Assembly: GCA_047150005.1 (NCBI GenBank)
Contig: AP038806.1
Location: 544,001-608,000, forward strand
Source: Nitrospira sp.
Lineage (GTDB): Bacteria; Nitrospirota; Nitrospiria; Nitrospirales; Nitrospiraceae
Length of the DNA: 64,000 nucleotides
Reading direction: 5' to 3'
In this document: positions 34,613-46,379 of the stretch, piece by piece
Position numbering within the stretch: the stretch's first letter is position 1
How the letters are laid out: the number at the start of each line of letters is the position of its first letter
Made by a program: the position numbers and the translations under genes
Notes under the pieces: model-generated
The model's input: the letters and a program-made list of their open reading frames with translations, nothing else
Database searches by the model: none
Told to the model about the DNA's origin: nothing

Positions 34613-36616
34613 CTAACTCCCGGACTTCAACTCCAGGTCTCTGAGCTTCAGCGCCCGGATTCGGTTTCTGAGGACGGCGGCCCGTTCGAACTCCAACAGC
34701 TTGGCCGCCTCTTTCATGTCGCGCTCCAACCGTTGAATTAATTCGGCACTCGAAGGCTCCGCCCCGTAGGACGGCTCCGCATCCGCCGCAAGCTCGAGCT
34801 GGACCGGATCCGGTTCGACGCCGGGATAATCCAGCACCGGAATACTCTTTCTGATTGAGGTCGGCTCGATGCCGTGCCGCTCGTTATATTCGCGTTGGAT
34901 CTTGCGGCGGCGCGCGGTTTCATCCAGCGCGGCTTTCATGGAGTCGGTCACCGCGTCGCCGTAGAAAATCACCCGCCCGCGGACATTCCGGGCGGCCCGA
35001 CCGGCGGTCTGCACGAGCGAGCGATACGACCGCAGATACCCTTCCTTGTCGGCGTCCAGAATCGCCACCAGGCTGACCTCCGGAAGATCGAGCCCTTCCC
35101 GGAGCAGATTGATCCCCACCAGCACGTCGAACTGTCCGCGCCGAAGATCCCGGACGATCTCGGCCCGCTCCAAGGTCTTGATGTCCGAATGCAGATAGCG
35201 CACCTTGACCCCCAACTCGTGATAGTACTCGGTCAGGTCCTCGGCCATGCGCTTCGTGAGGGTGGTGACCAGCACACGCCCTCCCTCGGTGGTCTCCCTC
35301 CGAACTTCCTCCAACAGATGATCGACCTGCCCCTTGGCCGGATGAAGTTCGATGATCGGATCGAGCACCCCGGTGGGCCTGATGATCTGCTCGACGACGT
35401 CTCCCTTCACATGGTCGAGCTCGTAGGGACCGGGCGTCGCGGACACATAGATCACCTGATTGAGGCTGCGCTCGAATTCGTGAAACTTCAGGGGTCGGTT
35501 GTCCACCGCCGAAGGCAGCCGGAACCCGTACTCCACCAACGTCCGCTTTCGCGAATAGTCCCCTTCGTACATGCCGCCGACCTGAGGCACCGTCGCGTGG
35601 GATTCGTCGATGATCAACAGGAAATCCTTCGGAAAATAGTCGATCAATGTCGGAGGCGGTTCGCCGGCGGCCCGCCCGCTCAAATGACGGGAATAGTTTT
35701 CAATCCCGTGGCAGTAGCCCATCGCGCGGATCATTTCGAGATCGAACTTGGTGCGCTGCGCGATGCGCTGCGCTTCGACGAGCTGGTTTTGCCGCTTGAA
35801 AAACGCCACTCGCTCGTCGAGTTCTTCTTCGATGCCCGTGATCGCCCGCTCGTACCGGTCGGGGGCGATCAAATAGTGCGTGTTCGGATAGACGGCGATC
35901 TTGGGCAGCTTCCCCAGCGACTTGCCGGTCAATGGATCGATCTGATGAATGGCGTCCACGACGTCGCCGAACAGTTCGATCCGGACGGAGCTGGCCTCCT
36001 GCGAAGCCGGAAAAATCTCGATCACGTCGCCGCGGGCGCGAAACGTCCCGCGATGGAAATCAATGTCGTTGCGGGCATACTGAATCTCCACGAGTTTCGC
36101 GAGAATCTTTTCACGCCTGATCTCCATCCCCTCTTCAAGGTACAGGAGCATGTCGTGATAGACCTCCGGAGAGCCCAACCCGTAGATGCAGGACACGGAC
36201 GACACGATCAGCACGTCATTGCGTTGCAACAGCGACGTCGTCGCCGCGTGCCGCATCTGATCGATGGCATCGTTGATCGAGGAGTCTTTGGCGATGTACG
36301 TGTCCGTCTGCGGAAGGTAGGCTTCGGGCTGGTAGTAGTCGTAGTAGCTGATGAAGTATTCGACTGCGTTATGCGGGAAAAACTGCTTGAACTCCTGATA
36401 GAGCTGACCCGCCAGGGTCTTGTTATGGACGAGGACGAGCGTGGGTTTTTGGATCCGCTCGACCACGTTGGCCATCGTGAAGGTCTTGCCCGACCCGGTG
36501 ACGCCGAGCAACGCCTGATGCCGGCGTCCGGCTAGAACGCCGGACGCCAGCTTGTCGATGGCCTGACCTTGGTCTCCGCATGAGGTGAACGGAGCCTCGA
36601 GTTGGAACTGCGGCAT
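34613..36616 (-). CDS. uvrB: Excinuclease ABC subunit B
   Basis: [51 protein letters not shown]-terminal UVR domain. Confidence 0.98.
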   Translation of the reverse strand: MPQFQLEAPFTSCGDQGQAIDKLASGVLAGRRHQALLGVTGSGKTFTMANVVERIQKPTLVLVHNKTLAGQLYQEFKQFFPHNAVEYFISYYDYYQPEAYLPQTDTYIAKDSSINDAIDQMRHAATTSLLQRNDVLIVSSVSCIYGLGSPEVYHDMLLYLEEGMEIRREKILAKLVEIQYARNDIDFHRGTFRARGDVIEIFPASQEASSVRIELFGDVVDAIHQIDPLTGKSLGKLPKIAVYPNTHYLIAPDRYERAITGIEEELDERVAFFKRQNQLVEAQRIAQRTKFDLEMIRAMGYCHGIENYSRHLSGRAAGEPPPTLIDYFPKDFLLIIDESHATVPQVGGMYEGDYSRKRTLVEYGFRLPSAVDNRPLKFHEFERSLNQVIYVSATPGPYELDHVKGDVVEQIIRPTGVLDPIIELHPAKGQVDHLLEEVRRETTEGGRVLVTTLTKRMAEDLTEYYHELGVKVRYLHSDIKTLERAEIVRDLRRGQFDVLVGINLLREGLDLPEVSLVAILDADKEGYLRSYRSLVQTAGRAARNVRGRVIFYGDAVTDSMKAALDETARRRKIQREYNERHGIEPTSIRKSIPVLDYPGVEPDPVQLELAADAEPSYGAEPSSAELIQRLERDMKEAAKLLEFERAAVLRNRIRALKLRDLELKSGS

Positions 36617-36704
36617 CGGCACCCCCAGGCCGTTACTGTAACACAGGCCCTCGCCGCCCCGCGGCGGGGCGCGATGCCGCCATCGCCGGACCCGTACGCA
36701 GCCG

Positions 36705-37997
36705 TCAGCGCCCGAATCCGGTCGAACGGACCGGCGACACGGCTCGCCGATGCAGCCCGTCACCGCTCCCATTGGCCCGATGGATCGGTTCGTTGCGACG
36801 GCGATGCCGGTGGTGCGGCTGCTGCTCGCCGGGCGAAGGCACGACCGCAGGAGGCAACGCGGCAAACGCCGGCAGCGGCAGCTTCTTAGTTTGGATCCGC
36901 AGCTGCCTCACCATCCGCAAATACTCCCGCTCCTCCGCCTCCGAGAGAATGAGATACGTGGCTCCCTCTTTCTCCGCGCGCCCGGTTCGGCCGGTCCGGT
37001 GCACGTATGAATTCGGATTGCCGGGGAGCTCATAGTGGATCACTTGCGCCACGTCAGGAATGTCCAAGCCGCGTGCCGCCACGTCGGTCGCGACCAACGA
37101 CCGGATCCGGCCTGAACGGAATGCACCCAGCGTCCGTTCCCGTTGGGCCTGACTGTGATTCCCGGTGATCGAACCGACGGAGGCCGGCTCTCCGCCCAGC
37201 TTCGCGGCCAAGCGCCGCACCTTGTACTTCTGGTCGCAAAATACCATCGACCGCTCGCCCGCCTTCACGGATTGCAGCAATGTGTGTACGAGCTGCGTGC
37301 GCGACTGCTCGGCGGGCACCACGTAGTAGGCATGCGTAATCGTGGCGGGGCTGCTGATGCCGGGATCCACCGAGATCCGTGCGGGGTCGCGTTGCATGCT
37401 CCTGGCGAGTTCCTGGATCTCCGGCGAAAACGTCGCGGAAAACAGCAGAGTCTGCCGCTCGCGCGGCAACAGGCCGAGGATGCGCTGGATGTCCCGCAGG
37501 AAACCGCGATCCAACATCTGATCGGCTTCGTCCATGACCAGCCAGGTGACCGCGCCCAGATGGAGATGGCCCGAGCCGGCGAGATCCAGCAACCGTCCGG
37601 GGGTTCCGACCACGACCAACGGCGGCCGCTTGAGCGCGCGGTAGTGCCGTTCGATCGGCGTCCCGCCGTACACGGCGAGCGACGTCACGGACGGCGGAGC
37701 GTACTTGCGCAACTCCATTTCGATCTGCAGCGCCAACTCGCGGGTCGGGGCCAAGATCAGGTACTGAGGACACCGCCCCTGCGCGGGGCCAGCGGCTGGC
37801 CGCAGGGCCCGCTCGATCATGGGCAGCAAAAACGCCAAGGTCTTGCCGCTGCCGGTCTTGGCCTGAGCCATCACATCGCGGCCCTCCAAGGCGGGGGGCA
37901 CCGCTGCTTGCTGAATCGGCGTCGGCACGGTAATCCCGGCCTGCTGCAGGCGCTGGGCAAGAAAAGGGGGTAAATTCATCTGAACAAACTTAGACAT
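36705..37997 (-). CDS. DEAD-box RNA helicase
   Basis: [44 protein letters not shown]. Confidence 0.95.
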   Translation of the reverse strand: MSKFVQMNLPPFLAQRLQQAGITVPTPIQQAAVPPALEGRDVMAQAKTGSGKTLAFLLPMIERALRPAAGPAQGRCPQYLILAPTRELALQIEMELRKYAPPSVTSLAVYGGTPIERHYRALKRPPLVVVGTPGRLLDLAGSGHLHLGAVTWLVMDEADQMLDRGFLRDIQRILGLLPRERQTLLFSATFSPEIQELARSMQRDPARISVDPGISSPATITHAYYVVPAEQSRTQLVHTLLQSVKAGERSMVFCDQKYKVRRLAAKLGGEPASVGSITGNHSQAQRERTLGAFRSGRIRSLVATDVAARGLDIPDVAQVIHYELPGNPNSYVHRTGRTGRAEKEGATYLILSEAEEREYLRMVRQLRIQTKKLPLPAFAALPPAVVPSPGEQQPHHRHRRRNEPIHRANGSGDGLHRRAVSPVRSTGFGR

Positions 37998-38093
37998 AGC
38001 ACTCCTTCTGTGGATGACTTCCCGGGACTGCAAGTCGACCGGTCACACGGTCGAGAGACGCATCGTGAGGATGGGCAATTCTAGGAAGAGAAC

Positions 38094-38116
38094 GGGGCCG
38101 TCGACGCGACGGCCCC
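38094..38116 (-). terminator. Hairpin after the RRM gene
   Basis: GGGGCCGTCG-acg-CGACGGCCCC, followed by TTCTCTT on the minus strand. Confidence 0.55.
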
Positions 38117-38141
38117 GACATGAACCGACTGCGGCGCGGGC

Positions 38142-38441
38142 TTAGTGCCGGCCGCCACCAAACCCGCCGCGGCCTCCGCCGCCTGAGCGTGGTTCCTGGG
38201 GGCGGGCTTCGTTGACCGTCAACGTGCGGCCGCCCAGTTGGGTACCGTTCAACGCAGTGATCGCAGCTTGCGCTTCCGAATCATTGGACATTTCCACGAA
38301 GCCGAAGCCGCGGGATTGTCCGGTGAACTTATCAGTGATGATTCGGGCTGACGCCACCGCCCCATGGGCAGCAAACAAGTCGCTCAGTTGCTGCTCGGTC
38401 GTGGAATACGGCAAACCCCCAACATAGATCTTCGAACCCAT
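38142..38441 (-). CDS. RRM-domain RNA-binding protein with Gly-rich tail
   Basis: KIYVGGL (RNP2), SRGFGFVEM (RNP1), VNEARP, GGGGRGGFGG. Confidence 0.96.
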   Translation of the reverse strand: MGSKIYVGGLPYSTTEQQLSDLFAAHGAVASARIITDKFTGQSRGFGFVEMSNDSEAQAAITALNGTQLGGRTLTVNEARPQEPRSGGGGRGGFGGGRH

Positions 38442-38708
38442 TGGGTTCCTCCTTTGAGAAAATAGGTGTTGTCTTGGACTTGAGCAGAGGCGAGGAAGGA
38501 ATGGGCCGAAGACGCAAACACGATGGCGACTTAGGTCTGGCTTCCGATCAGATCCCCGGGCAGAACCAAAACAACATCAGGTATCAGGCCTTGTCACTCT
38601 CCGCTATCGCGCCACCAGGCCTTTCGTAGCGCTGCAATTTTGGACTGTACCGCACAACGGTAGGGAATTGCAAGCATCAAGCGGGATTGTCAGCCCATCC
38701 GACTCGGG

Positions 38709-39488
38709 TCAGTAGGCGGCGGGCGCAGACAAGGGTCGTTGTGAAAACAGCGGGATCGCGTGCAAGCTATCGAAATACAAAGATGAATTCCCCAGAACCA
38801 CCAATCCCACCTCGCCGAGTCCGAGCGAATGGTCCTGAATCGACAGGACCAACGAACCGTCGAAAAACGTTTCGATGAAATCTTTGCTGATGATCGTGTT
38901 CCGTTGAATTCTGAGTGAATGCCAGTCCACGCCCTTGGGAACAATAGCGGTCTGTCCGAGCACTGTCACCTTTCCGTCGACCACTCGGACGACCTCCAAC
39001 TGCTTGGACGAGAGATCGACGATCGCGGCATAGAATTGCGACGCATCCTTCAAACCTATGACGATCCCTCCCCGCCCCGTCCCCCCCTCGGCAGGAAAAC
39101 TCAGACGAACCGAGACGTCGGGATATTCATACTGCAGCTTGCTTGCGACAAGCATCCGGTAGCAGGTCTCCTGCTTGCATGAGGCCACGGCCTTGAGCAT
39201 GTTGGGAGGCGACGGAGCCCCGGGGTCCGACTCGATCGTCCACGTTCCCGCGGATTCACCGCCGGACGTGAGTTGGGAAAATTCCGCCGGCGTTTCGGCC
39301 GGACGCTGTTGGTCGAAGGTCCAGCGGTTAAACAAGCCGCCGGTAATCTGGCCTTTGAGGTTGGCTTCCTTCTCCGTCGTCGTCTCCGCTTGGATCGCCT
39401 GCGCCGGCCCGGAAAGGACAGCCGCCTGACTCACAAGGGCCGCGAGCATCACCAGACTGAAGTAGCCGCTGATCTTGAACCGATTCAT
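38709..39488 (-). CDS. Exported hypothetical protein, ConA/DUF1080-like beta-sandwich
   Basis: Signal peptide; GGIV...YAA...WHSLRI...G.VGL..FD pattern. Confidence 0.6.
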   Translation of the reverse strand: MNRFKISGYFSLVMLAALVSQAAVLSGPAQAIQAETTTEKEANLKGQITGGLFNRWTFDQQRPAETPAEFSQLTSGGESAGTWTIESDPGAPSPPNMLKAVASCKQETCYRMLVASKLQYEYPDVSVRLSFPAEGGTGRGGIVIGLKDASQFYAAIVDLSSKQLEVVRVVDGKVTVLGQTAIVPKGVDWHSLRIQRNTIISKDFIETFFDGSLVLSIQDHSLGLGEVGLVVLGNSSLYFDSLHAIPLFSQRPLSAPAAY

Positions 39489-39769
39489 GATTCGGGCGCT
39501 TTCCGTTCGCCGGTCAGAGTCATCATGGACCGGGGATGCCCCATGTCGATGATGTCCCGCTGACGCCGATCCCGCTCACGGAGAATCTCTTTTCGGCGCT
39601 GCCAGCGGTTCCACGTCCACCAGTGCAGCTTGTCGCGAAAGGTCACCAGCGGCGGACGGACGCTGCCGCCGGGCGCATGCTGAAAATCGTATCCCTGATG
39701 GGTGTTGCGGCGCTCAAAGAACCGCCGGTACAGATGGTCGTAAATGCCTTTTCCCGCCTCGCCTGCCAC
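39485..39769 (-). CDS. Hypothetical protein
   Basis: Fills the operon slot, RBS upstream, ATGA overlap with the next gene. Confidence 0.55.
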   Translation of the reverse strand: MAGEAGKGIYDHLYRRFFERRNTHQGYDFQHAPGGSVRPPLVTFRDKLHWWTWNRWQRRKEILRERDRRQRDIIDMGHPRSMMTLTGERKAPES

Positions 39770-39781
39770 GACTGTCGCTCC

Positions 39782-41842
39782 TCATAATAATAACCGTTCG
39801 AGTTCTCTGGGTTCGGTCACCGGGGCCGAACAGGTCCGCCCATGACAGACATATGCCGCCGGATTCCCCTGTATGCCCGTCTTTCCGGCAGCCAGCGGCA
39901 ACTGAGATTCACCCGCGTGCCTCGACTGATCGACCGCCAGCACCACGCGATTCGACAGGTAGAGCTGATGCACCGTCGTCACGAGCGCCTCCGTCAACGG
40001 ATTGCCACGCGGTCCGACCACCACGACCTCCCTGGGCTGGGACACAAGCCAGTCCGCGGCGCCCAGCATGGCAGAGGCGCCATATGGATTCTGCGCCATC
40101 GCTCGATGGAACAGCGTTACGATCCGCCGCGCCCGCTCATAATACCCTTCCTCTCCGGTGAAAGAGAAGAGCCTCAGGAGAAAGGCGGCGAAGACGGCGT
40201 TGCCCGAGGGCAGAGCACCGTCGGTCCCCGACATCATCCGCTGGAGCAGGGCTTCGTGATCGTGGCTCGTGAAGAAGCAGCCCCCCGCCGCATCGTCCCA
40301 GAAGTGTCTGAGAGCGGCTTCCGCAATCTCGCGCGTCTGTTCGAGATACCATCGGTGCGAGGTCGCTTCAAATGCATCGAGCAAGGCCGTCGCCAACCAA
40401 GCCGCATCGTCCAGATACCCATTCAGTCGCCCATGCCCGGCCGTGATCGTCCGGTGCACCCGCCCATCCGCATAGGCATAGTCCACCAGAAAGGTCAGCG
40501 CCCGCTCGGCGGTCGCCAGATAGGCCGTTGTGCCGAAGGCATGATAGGCGTCCAGGAACGCACAGACCATCATGGCATTCCAACCGGTCAACATGTTCTC
40601 GTCGCGCGCCGGCCTGGGACGCCGATCACGAACGACCAATACCTTCCCCCGCGCCGGTCTTAAGAATGCGTCGGCCTGCTCCGCCTCGTCGGCGGAAGCC
40701 TCGACTCCACCCAACCGATGCAGCACGTTCTTCCCGTCGAAGTTCCCGCCCTCCGTCACCCCGTACGCCCGGCAAAATTCCCCACCGAGATCGGCACCAA
40801 GAATCGCCATGAGCTCGGCCTGGTCCCACACAAAGAAGGCTCCTTCGCGGCCCTCGCTGTCCGCATCCTGTGCGGCGAAGAAGCCGCCGTCCTGATGGGT
40901 CAATTCCCGCTGAACATATTCGAGCGTGTCCTCGACGACATGCCGAAATCGTGCTTCCTTGGTCAGCCGCCAACCGTCCAGGTAGACCCGCACCAACTGC
41001 GCATTGTCATAGAGCATTTTTTCGAAATGCGGCACCATCCAGTGACCGTCCACCGAGTACCGGTGAAATCCGCCGCCGAGATGGTCGTAAATCCCGCCCG
41101 CCGCCATTCTCCTCAGCTGGAACAAGACCTTCCGCCGGAGCGATTCATCCCCGGGACAGGCGGAAGACCGCAACATGAAATTCAGCGGCGAGACGGTCGG
41201 AAACTTCGGCCCGTCGCCGAAGCCTCCATGGACGTCGTCGAAGAGGCTGCCCAGTTTCTTTCCTGCCTCCTGCAGCAGCCGTTCGGTCAACGGCTCGTCG
41301 GAACGTTTCGGTAGTCCGACCCGGAGCAAACCCGCCTTGACGCGCTCCACATTCTTCGCCACTTCGTCGCGATGGTGTCGATAGGCTTCGATGACGCCCC
41401 GCAGGACGTCCGGAAACCCCGGAAGATTGTGGCGGGGCGCCGGCGGGAAGTAGGTGCCTCCGTAAAACGGTTCCTGGTCCGGCGTGAGAAACATGGTCAG
41501 GGGCCATCCGCCGCCTCGGCCCGTAAACACTTGGACCGACTTCTGGTAGATCTCGTCCAAATCGGGCCGCTCCTCGCGATCCACCTTCACGTTGATGAAA
41601 TCCCGGTTCATGAGCGCGGCGATGTCCGCTCGTTCGAATGACTCGTGCGCCATCACATGGCACCAATGGCACGCCGAGTACCCGATGGAGAGGAGGATCG
41701 GCTTATCTTCGGCTTTCGCCCGCGCGAACGCCTCTGCTCCCCACGGAAACCAGTCCACGGGATTGGCGGCATGTTGCCTGAGATACGGACTGGACTCGGC
41801 GTTCAGACGATTGGGCGGGTGATCGACAGGCTGCGACTCCAC
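39782..41842 (-). CDS. YyaL/SPATA20-family thioredoxin-domain protein (DUF255)
   Basis: [48 protein letters not shown]. Confidence 0.95.
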   Translation of the reverse strand: MESQPVDHPPNRLNAESSPYLRQHAANPVDWFPWGAEAFARAKAEDKPILLSIGYSACHWCHVMAHESFERADIAALMNRDFINVKVDREERPDLDEIYQKSVQVFTGRGGGWPLTMFLTPDQEPFYGGTYFPPAPRHNLPGFPDVLRGVIEAYRHHRDEVAKNVERVKAGLLRVGLPKRSDEPLTERLLQEAGKKLGSLFDDVHGGFGDGPKFPTVSPLNFMLRSSACPGDESLRRKVLFQLRRMAAGGIYDHLGGGFHRYSVDGHWMVPHFEKMLYDNAQLVRVYLDGWRLTKEARFRHVVEDTLEYVQRELTHQDGGFFAAQDADSEGREGAFFVWDQAELMAILGADLGGEFCRAYGVTEGGNFDGKNVLHRLGGVEASADEAEQADAFLRPARGKVLVVRDRRPRPARDENMLTGWNAMMVCAFLDAYHAFGTTAYLATAERALTFLVDYAYADGRVHRTITAGHGRLNGYLDDAAWLATALLDAFEATSHRWYLEQTREIAEAALRHFWDDAAGGCFFTSHDHEALLQRMMSGTDGALPSGNAVFAAFLLRLFSFTGEEGYYERARRIVTLFHRAMAQNPYGASAMLGAADWLVSQPREVVVVGPRGNPLTEALVTTVHQLYLSNRVVLAVDQSRHAGESQLPLAAGKTGIQGNPAAYVCHGRTCSAPVTEPRELERLLL

Positions 41843-41960
41843 TGTGACTCCTTCTTTCGGCGCTTCCTTATGGTACGCAAACGACCGGAGAGACTGCGAT
41901 GGGGACGTGTCCCTATGTTATAGTCCCTCGAAGATAGCAGATTGATTCGTCGACACCCGC

Positions 41961-43550
41961 ATGAAATTGTCCTTCCCCTCCGTGTCAATCACCCTACCGA
42001 AATGGCGCTGGGTCGGCTTGTGGTCCTGGCTGATTGTCCTGACGCTGTCCTCGGTCGCAGCGCCGGCGGAATCTCCTCCTGCCGCTCCGTCCGGCGACGC
42101 TGGTTCCTTGTCCACGGCGTTGAGCTCCATCTCGAGCACGCGCATGCTGGCCGACATCCAAATCCTCAGCGGGCAGGCGTTTGAAGGACGCCAGACCGGC
42201 AGCACCGGCGATGTACGGGCTGCAGAATGGGTGGCGGCGCGTTTCGCAGCTCTGCGCCTCACCGTCGCTCCGGTGCTTCCTTCCGAAACGGCCGATTCGT
42301 CGTCCTCCACGCACGAGCCGGCTCCGTCCGTGCCGGTATACGTGATCGGCGATGATCCGCACCTGGAGGTCTCGACGGCTCAAGGCGCAACCATCGGCCG
42401 CGCGCCTGCCGACTATCTTCCGATTCTCGACTCCCCGCCGGTCCACGTGACCGCATCGGTCGTCTTCGTCGGCTATGGCATTTCCGATCCGGCCCGCGGC
42501 TACGACGACTATGCCGGTCTCGACGTGCGGAACCGCATCGTGCTCTTCATGCGGGGCAAGCCGGACCATTATCCCTCGCCCGTTTCTCATGCGGACAAGG
42601 AGCGAGTCGCCCGTGAAAACGGCGCAGTCGCCTTTCTGACGGTCACCGGTCCGATCTTGAATCCGTACGAAGTCCGCCGGGGCATGACGACCGCTCCCAG
42701 CGCCTTCTACGGTCGCCAGGGCGGCATTCCTCCGCTGCCGGGCGCGTGGATCAGTCCAGCATTCGCGGACCGCCTCCTCTCGTCGGCCGTCCGGGGAGAT
42801 CAACCGTTGCGCATCTTGCAAGAGAGTCTGAATCAATCCCGCCGCCCCCACTCGCAGCCCACCGGCTCTATGGTCCATATGGCCTGGGACAGCTTGCACA
42901 CGTCAGGTCCGCTCTACAATGTCGTCGCCAGCATCCCAGGACGACAACCGGACCTCAAGGAACAAACCGTCATCCTGGGCGCCCATCGCGACCACTTCGG
43001 ACGGCAGGCGGGCTTGCTCTTTCCGGGAGCGGACGACAATGCCTCCGGCACCGCCGTCGTGCTGGAGGTGGCGCGGGTGCTCATGGAATCCGGCCTACAG
43101 GCTGCGCGTACGGTCACTTTCGTCTCCTTCAGCGGAGAAGAACAGGGCCTGCTCGGTTCACAGCTGTATGTGAACCGTCGCCCGAGAGATCCCGTGAAAC
43201 CCAGCGGCATGATCAATGTCGATCATGCCGGCATTGGGAACGGACGGCTGACGGTAGGGATCACAGGTTTCGACAAGCGGGTGGCACAGGATGCGGGGCA
43301 GGCGGCGGGCCTCGCTGAGCATCTGGATCTGTTCGGGTTTTTCCCCGGCGGCGACCACGTGCCCTTCAAAGAGGCCGGGGTACCAACCGTCACGGTCGTC
43401 AGCGGCGGACCCCACCTCCACTATCACAAGCCGACGGATACGCCGGAGACGATCAACCCAGAAATCCTGCAATCGGCGGCCCGCTACGTCCTCGCACTGG
43501 TTTGGCAATTGGCAAACCCGCACGAACGAATTTCTGGGACAGGACACTAG
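41961..43550 (+). CDS. M28-family peptidase with PA domain
   Basis: GAHRDH, GADDNASG, SGEEQGLLGS, NVD, GDH, YHKPTD; start uncertain. Confidence 0.9.
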   Translation: MKLSFPSVSITLPKWRWVGLWSWLIVLTLSSVAAPAESPPAAPSGDAGSLSTALSSISSTRMLADIQILSGQAFEGRQTGSTGDVRAAEWVAARFAALRLTVAPVLPSETADSSSSTHEPAPSVPVYVIGDDPHLEVSTAQGATIGRAPADYLPILDSPPVHVTASVVFVGYGISDPARGYDDYAGLDVRNRIVLFMRGKPDHYPSPVSHADKERVARENGAVAFLTVTGPILNPYEVRRGMTTAPSAFYGRQGGIPPLPGAWISPAFADRLLSSAVRGDQPLRILQESLNQSRRPHSQPTGSMVHMAWDSLHTSGPLYNVVASIPGRQPDLKEQTVILGAHRDHFGRQAGLLFPGADDNASGTAVVLEVARVLMESGLQAARTVTFVSFSGEEQGLLGSQLYVNRRPRDPVKPSGMINVDHAGIGNGRLTVGITGFDKRVAQDAGQAAGLAEHLDLFGFFPGGDHVPFKEAGVPTVTVVSGGPHLHYHKPTDTPETINPEILQSAARYVLALVWQLANPHERISGTGH

Positions 43551-43619
43551 CGACAGCTCATGCTATGGGCTATGGACAACACGGAACCCGGTCATCTGAC
43601 CAGGCTGGTTCACTTGTTA

Positions 43620-44042
43620 TCAGGGGATGTCGTCGAGGAGTGTCGATTCCATAGGCGCAAGCGGGGCCGCACTTCGTGGGGGTGGCGGAAGCACGATGGG
43701 CGAGCCGACTTGGTTGGCTCCTTGAATCAGACCGATCGAAAGCTGCGGCCCCAGTGTCATGACTGCGCCGCTCCATGCCTGGCTCGTAGTGGGGTTTCGG
43801 AAGCTGAAGGATTGGAAATTGTTCCCGGGGTTGTAGATGTACCCTTGCGTCCCTTGGTTGTCGATATACAAACTCCCCGGCCCCACTAAACTGAAGAGCG
43901 GCGCGACGCCCCCGTCGAATCCTCGTACGCCGGACACCGTTTGCCCCCAAGCCGGCGATCCCACAGCGCTGCACGTCAGCAACAGGCAGGAGGCCGTGAT
44001 CCAGAAGGTGGGGCGCAAAGGAAGTTCATGACAGTCGTGCAT
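43620..44042 (-). CDS. Hypothetical exported protein
   Basis: Signal-like segment, then a Gly/Pro-rich domain; start uncertain. Confidence 0.5.
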   Translation of the reverse strand: MHDCHELPLRPTFWITASCLLLTCSAVGSPAWGQTVSGVRGFDGGVAPLFSLVGPGSLYIDNQGTQGYIYNPGNNFQSFSFRNPTTSQAWSGAVMTLGPQLSIGLIQGANQVGSPIVLPPPPRSAAPLAPMESTLLDDIP

Positions 44043-44095
44043 AAACCCATTATAGTATGGGACACCTTCCCTGTCGATCAGTCAAAGGGGGAACT

Positions 44096-45652
44096 ATGGC
44101 ACAGAGATCGAAAGTGCCCAGGGCCTGCCCGGTGCTTCTGGGCATCGGTCTGACTTGGGCTGCCGGACTTGCCTGGGGCGCGGACGATCTGAAGACCCAG
44201 CCGGAAGAGCGACGAGAGGCCATTTCGCTGGCCGACGCGGCGCTGCGAGCGTTGAAGAGTAATCTGGACATCAGTATCAGCCGCCAGACGAAAGAGAGCC
44301 GGCTCGCGGACATCACCGTGGAGCAAGCCAAATTCGACCCGACCTTGAGCGTCAACGGACAATACAACCGCTCGGCCAGCCCGCTCAATCGTCCGGTGTT
44401 CGGCGGAACCCAGGGCAACCTGACCGATATCCAAACATTCGATCAGCGGACCACCCAAGTGACGGTCGACGCGGTGACCAACCTTGTCACCGGCGGTAAT
44501 GTCGATTTGAACTATGCTCCGGCGCGAACCAACGTGAACCCGGAGGTCGCCCAGGGGTTCTTGTACAACCCGGCCTATACCAGCAGCTTGGCGCTGACCC
44601 TGACACAACCGCTGCTCCGGAACGCCGGCATCGACATCAATAAGACGTTCATCAAGGTGGCCCAGAACAACGCCGACGTGGAGCAACATGTCTTTCGCGA
44701 TCGCGTGTTGACCGTAATCGCCACGGTCGAGCAGACCTATTGGGAGCTTGTCTTTGCCAACGAGAATCTGAAGGTGGCGCAAGCCGCCCTCAAAGCCGCG
44801 CAGGAACTGTTGGCCAGCAACCGGGCCAAGGCCAAGGCGGGCGTCATGTCCATCGTGGATGTCCTGCAGGCCGAGGCCGCCGTCGCGTCACGCGTGGAGC
44901 AGGTGCTGGTCGCTGAAAAAGCCATCCGTGATCAGGAAGACCAGCTCCGCCGCCTGCTCAATCCGGGCGAAGAAGACCTGCGACTGGACGTTCGCCTCAC
45001 TCCGACCGATCCGCCGGTGACGGTGCTGGAACCGCTCAGTCTTCAGGAGGCGATCGACATCGCGATCGATCAACGGCCTGAGGTCGTGCAGGCCAAGAAA
45101 AACCTGGACTCCGGCGAACTCAACAAACAGTTCGCGAAGAACCAGCTGCTCCCGACCCTGTCGTTTCAAGGGACGATGGGCCTGCTCGGCTTGGGCGGCG
45201 ACTATAAGGGCACCAGCGAGCGAAACTTCAACGGAGATTTCTATAATTACGGCGCCGGTCTCGTCCTGAGTTATCCGCTCGGCAATCGCTCGGCCATCAG
45301 CACCTATAATAAACGACAGCTGGAGGCGAAGAATGCCGAAGCCGCCCTGGCCAGCGTGCGGCAACAGATCATCGTGGGCGTCCGGGAGGCGGTGCGCCGG
45401 GTCCAGACGGATTTCAAGCGCATCGAGACCACTCGTTCCGCCCGCATCATGGCCGAGAAGCAGCTCCAAGCGGAGCAAGAGCGTCTGAAGGTCGGCCTCA
45501 GCACGACACGCTTCGTGCTCGACTTCCAGCGAGACCTCGCGACGGCGCAGGGCAATGAACTGCGTGCGACCGTGGACTACAACAAGTCCCTGTCCAACCT
45601 TTCGCGGCACAAGGCCACGACGCTGGACCGCTACCATCTCGAACTGCAGTAG
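44096..45652 (+). CDS. TolC-family outer membrane efflux protein
   Basis: Signal peptide, two OEP repeats (LTLTQPLLR, YWELV, LSYPLGNR, E.ERLKVGLST). Confidence 0.92.
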   Translation: MAQRSKVPRACPVLLGIGLTWAAGLAWGADDLKTQPEERREAISLADAALRALKSNLDISISRQTKESRLADITVEQAKFDPTLSVNGQYNRSASPLNRPVFGGTQGNLTDIQTFDQRTTQVTVDAVTNLVTGGNVDLNYAPARTNVNPEVAQGFLYNPAYTSSLALTLTQPLLRNAGIDINKTFIKVAQNNADVEQHVFRDRVLTVIATVEQTYWELVFANENLKVAQAALKAAQELLASNRAKAKAGVMSIVDVLQAEAAVASRVEQVLVAEKAIRDQEDQLRRLLNPGEEDLRLDVRLTPTDPPVTVLEPLSLQEAIDIAIDQRPEVVQAKKNLDSGELNKQFAKNQLLPTLSFQGTMGLLGLGGDYKGTSERNFNGDFYNYGAGLVLSYPLGNRSAISTYNKRQLEAKNAEAALASVRQQIIVGVREAVRRVQTDFKRIETTRSARIMAEKQLQAEQERLKVGLSTTRFVLDFQRDLATAQGNELRATVDYNKSLSNLSRHKATTLDRYHLELQ

Positions 45653-45661
45653 CCGCCTGCG

Positions 45662-46372
45662 ATGGCGTCGCAGCCGGGTCGGTCCCTTCAGGATCGCGGC
45701 GCGGAACGTGGAGCCGCTTTCGTGCTGCTCCCCATCGCCGCAACGGTTGCGTTTTACGGCCTCCCCTCCCGACTCCAAGATCAACCGACGATCCAGTTCA
45801 TTCCACAGCTGCTCGGCTATCTGGCTTGCCTTCTGTGGGTGACCCGTAATCCCGGGCTCGTGGCCCGTTTCGGCCTCGAACCGGGCAAGATCGCTACGGG
45901 CGTGCTGAGAGGATTGCCTGTCGGCTGCCTGCTGGGTGCCTTCAATTCGTTTGTGATTCTCTGGTGCGTTCCGCGGTTCGGATACGACATTACGTTTCTC
46001 ACACACACCCCGCACGCCCGGCTCCCGGTCTACCTGATGCTGCCGTGGCTCATTTGCGGCATCGCGGTGTTCGTGGAATTCAACTTCCGCGGCTACCTGC
46101 TCGGCCGCTTGCAGTCGCTGGGAACCACGACGTTCGGAGCCGGCCGCCCCCGGCTCGGCTCGAGCCTCGCCGTCGGCCTCAGCGCGCTGGCATTTTCCTT
46201 CGATCCCTTCATGGCGCACACGTTCCGCGAGCTTCATTGGATCGCCCTTTGGGACGGGGCGATCTGGGGTGCGCTTCAAGTCGCCATGCGCAACTTGTAC
46301 GTGCCGATCACCGCCCATGCAGTCGAGGTCCTCGTCATGTATAGTGTCATACGGTCGGTGCTCCTGGGATGA
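45662..46372 (+). CDS. CPBP/Abi-family intramembrane protease-like protein
   Basis: Multi-TM; VEFNFRG (variant of EExxFRG), PITAHA. Confidence 0.75.
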   Translation: MASQPGRSLQDRGAERGAAFVLLPIAATVAFYGLPSRLQDQPTIQFIPQLLGYLACLLWVTRNPGLVARFGLEPGKIATGVLRGLPVGCLLGAFNSFVILWCVPRFGYDITFLTHTPHARLPVYLMLPWLICGIAVFVEFNFRGYLLGRLQSLGTTTFGAGRPRLGSSLAVGLSALAFSFDPFMAHTFRELHWIALWDGAIWGALQVAMRNLYVPITAHAVEVLVMYSVIRSVLLG

Positions 46373-46379
46373 GCGGAGC

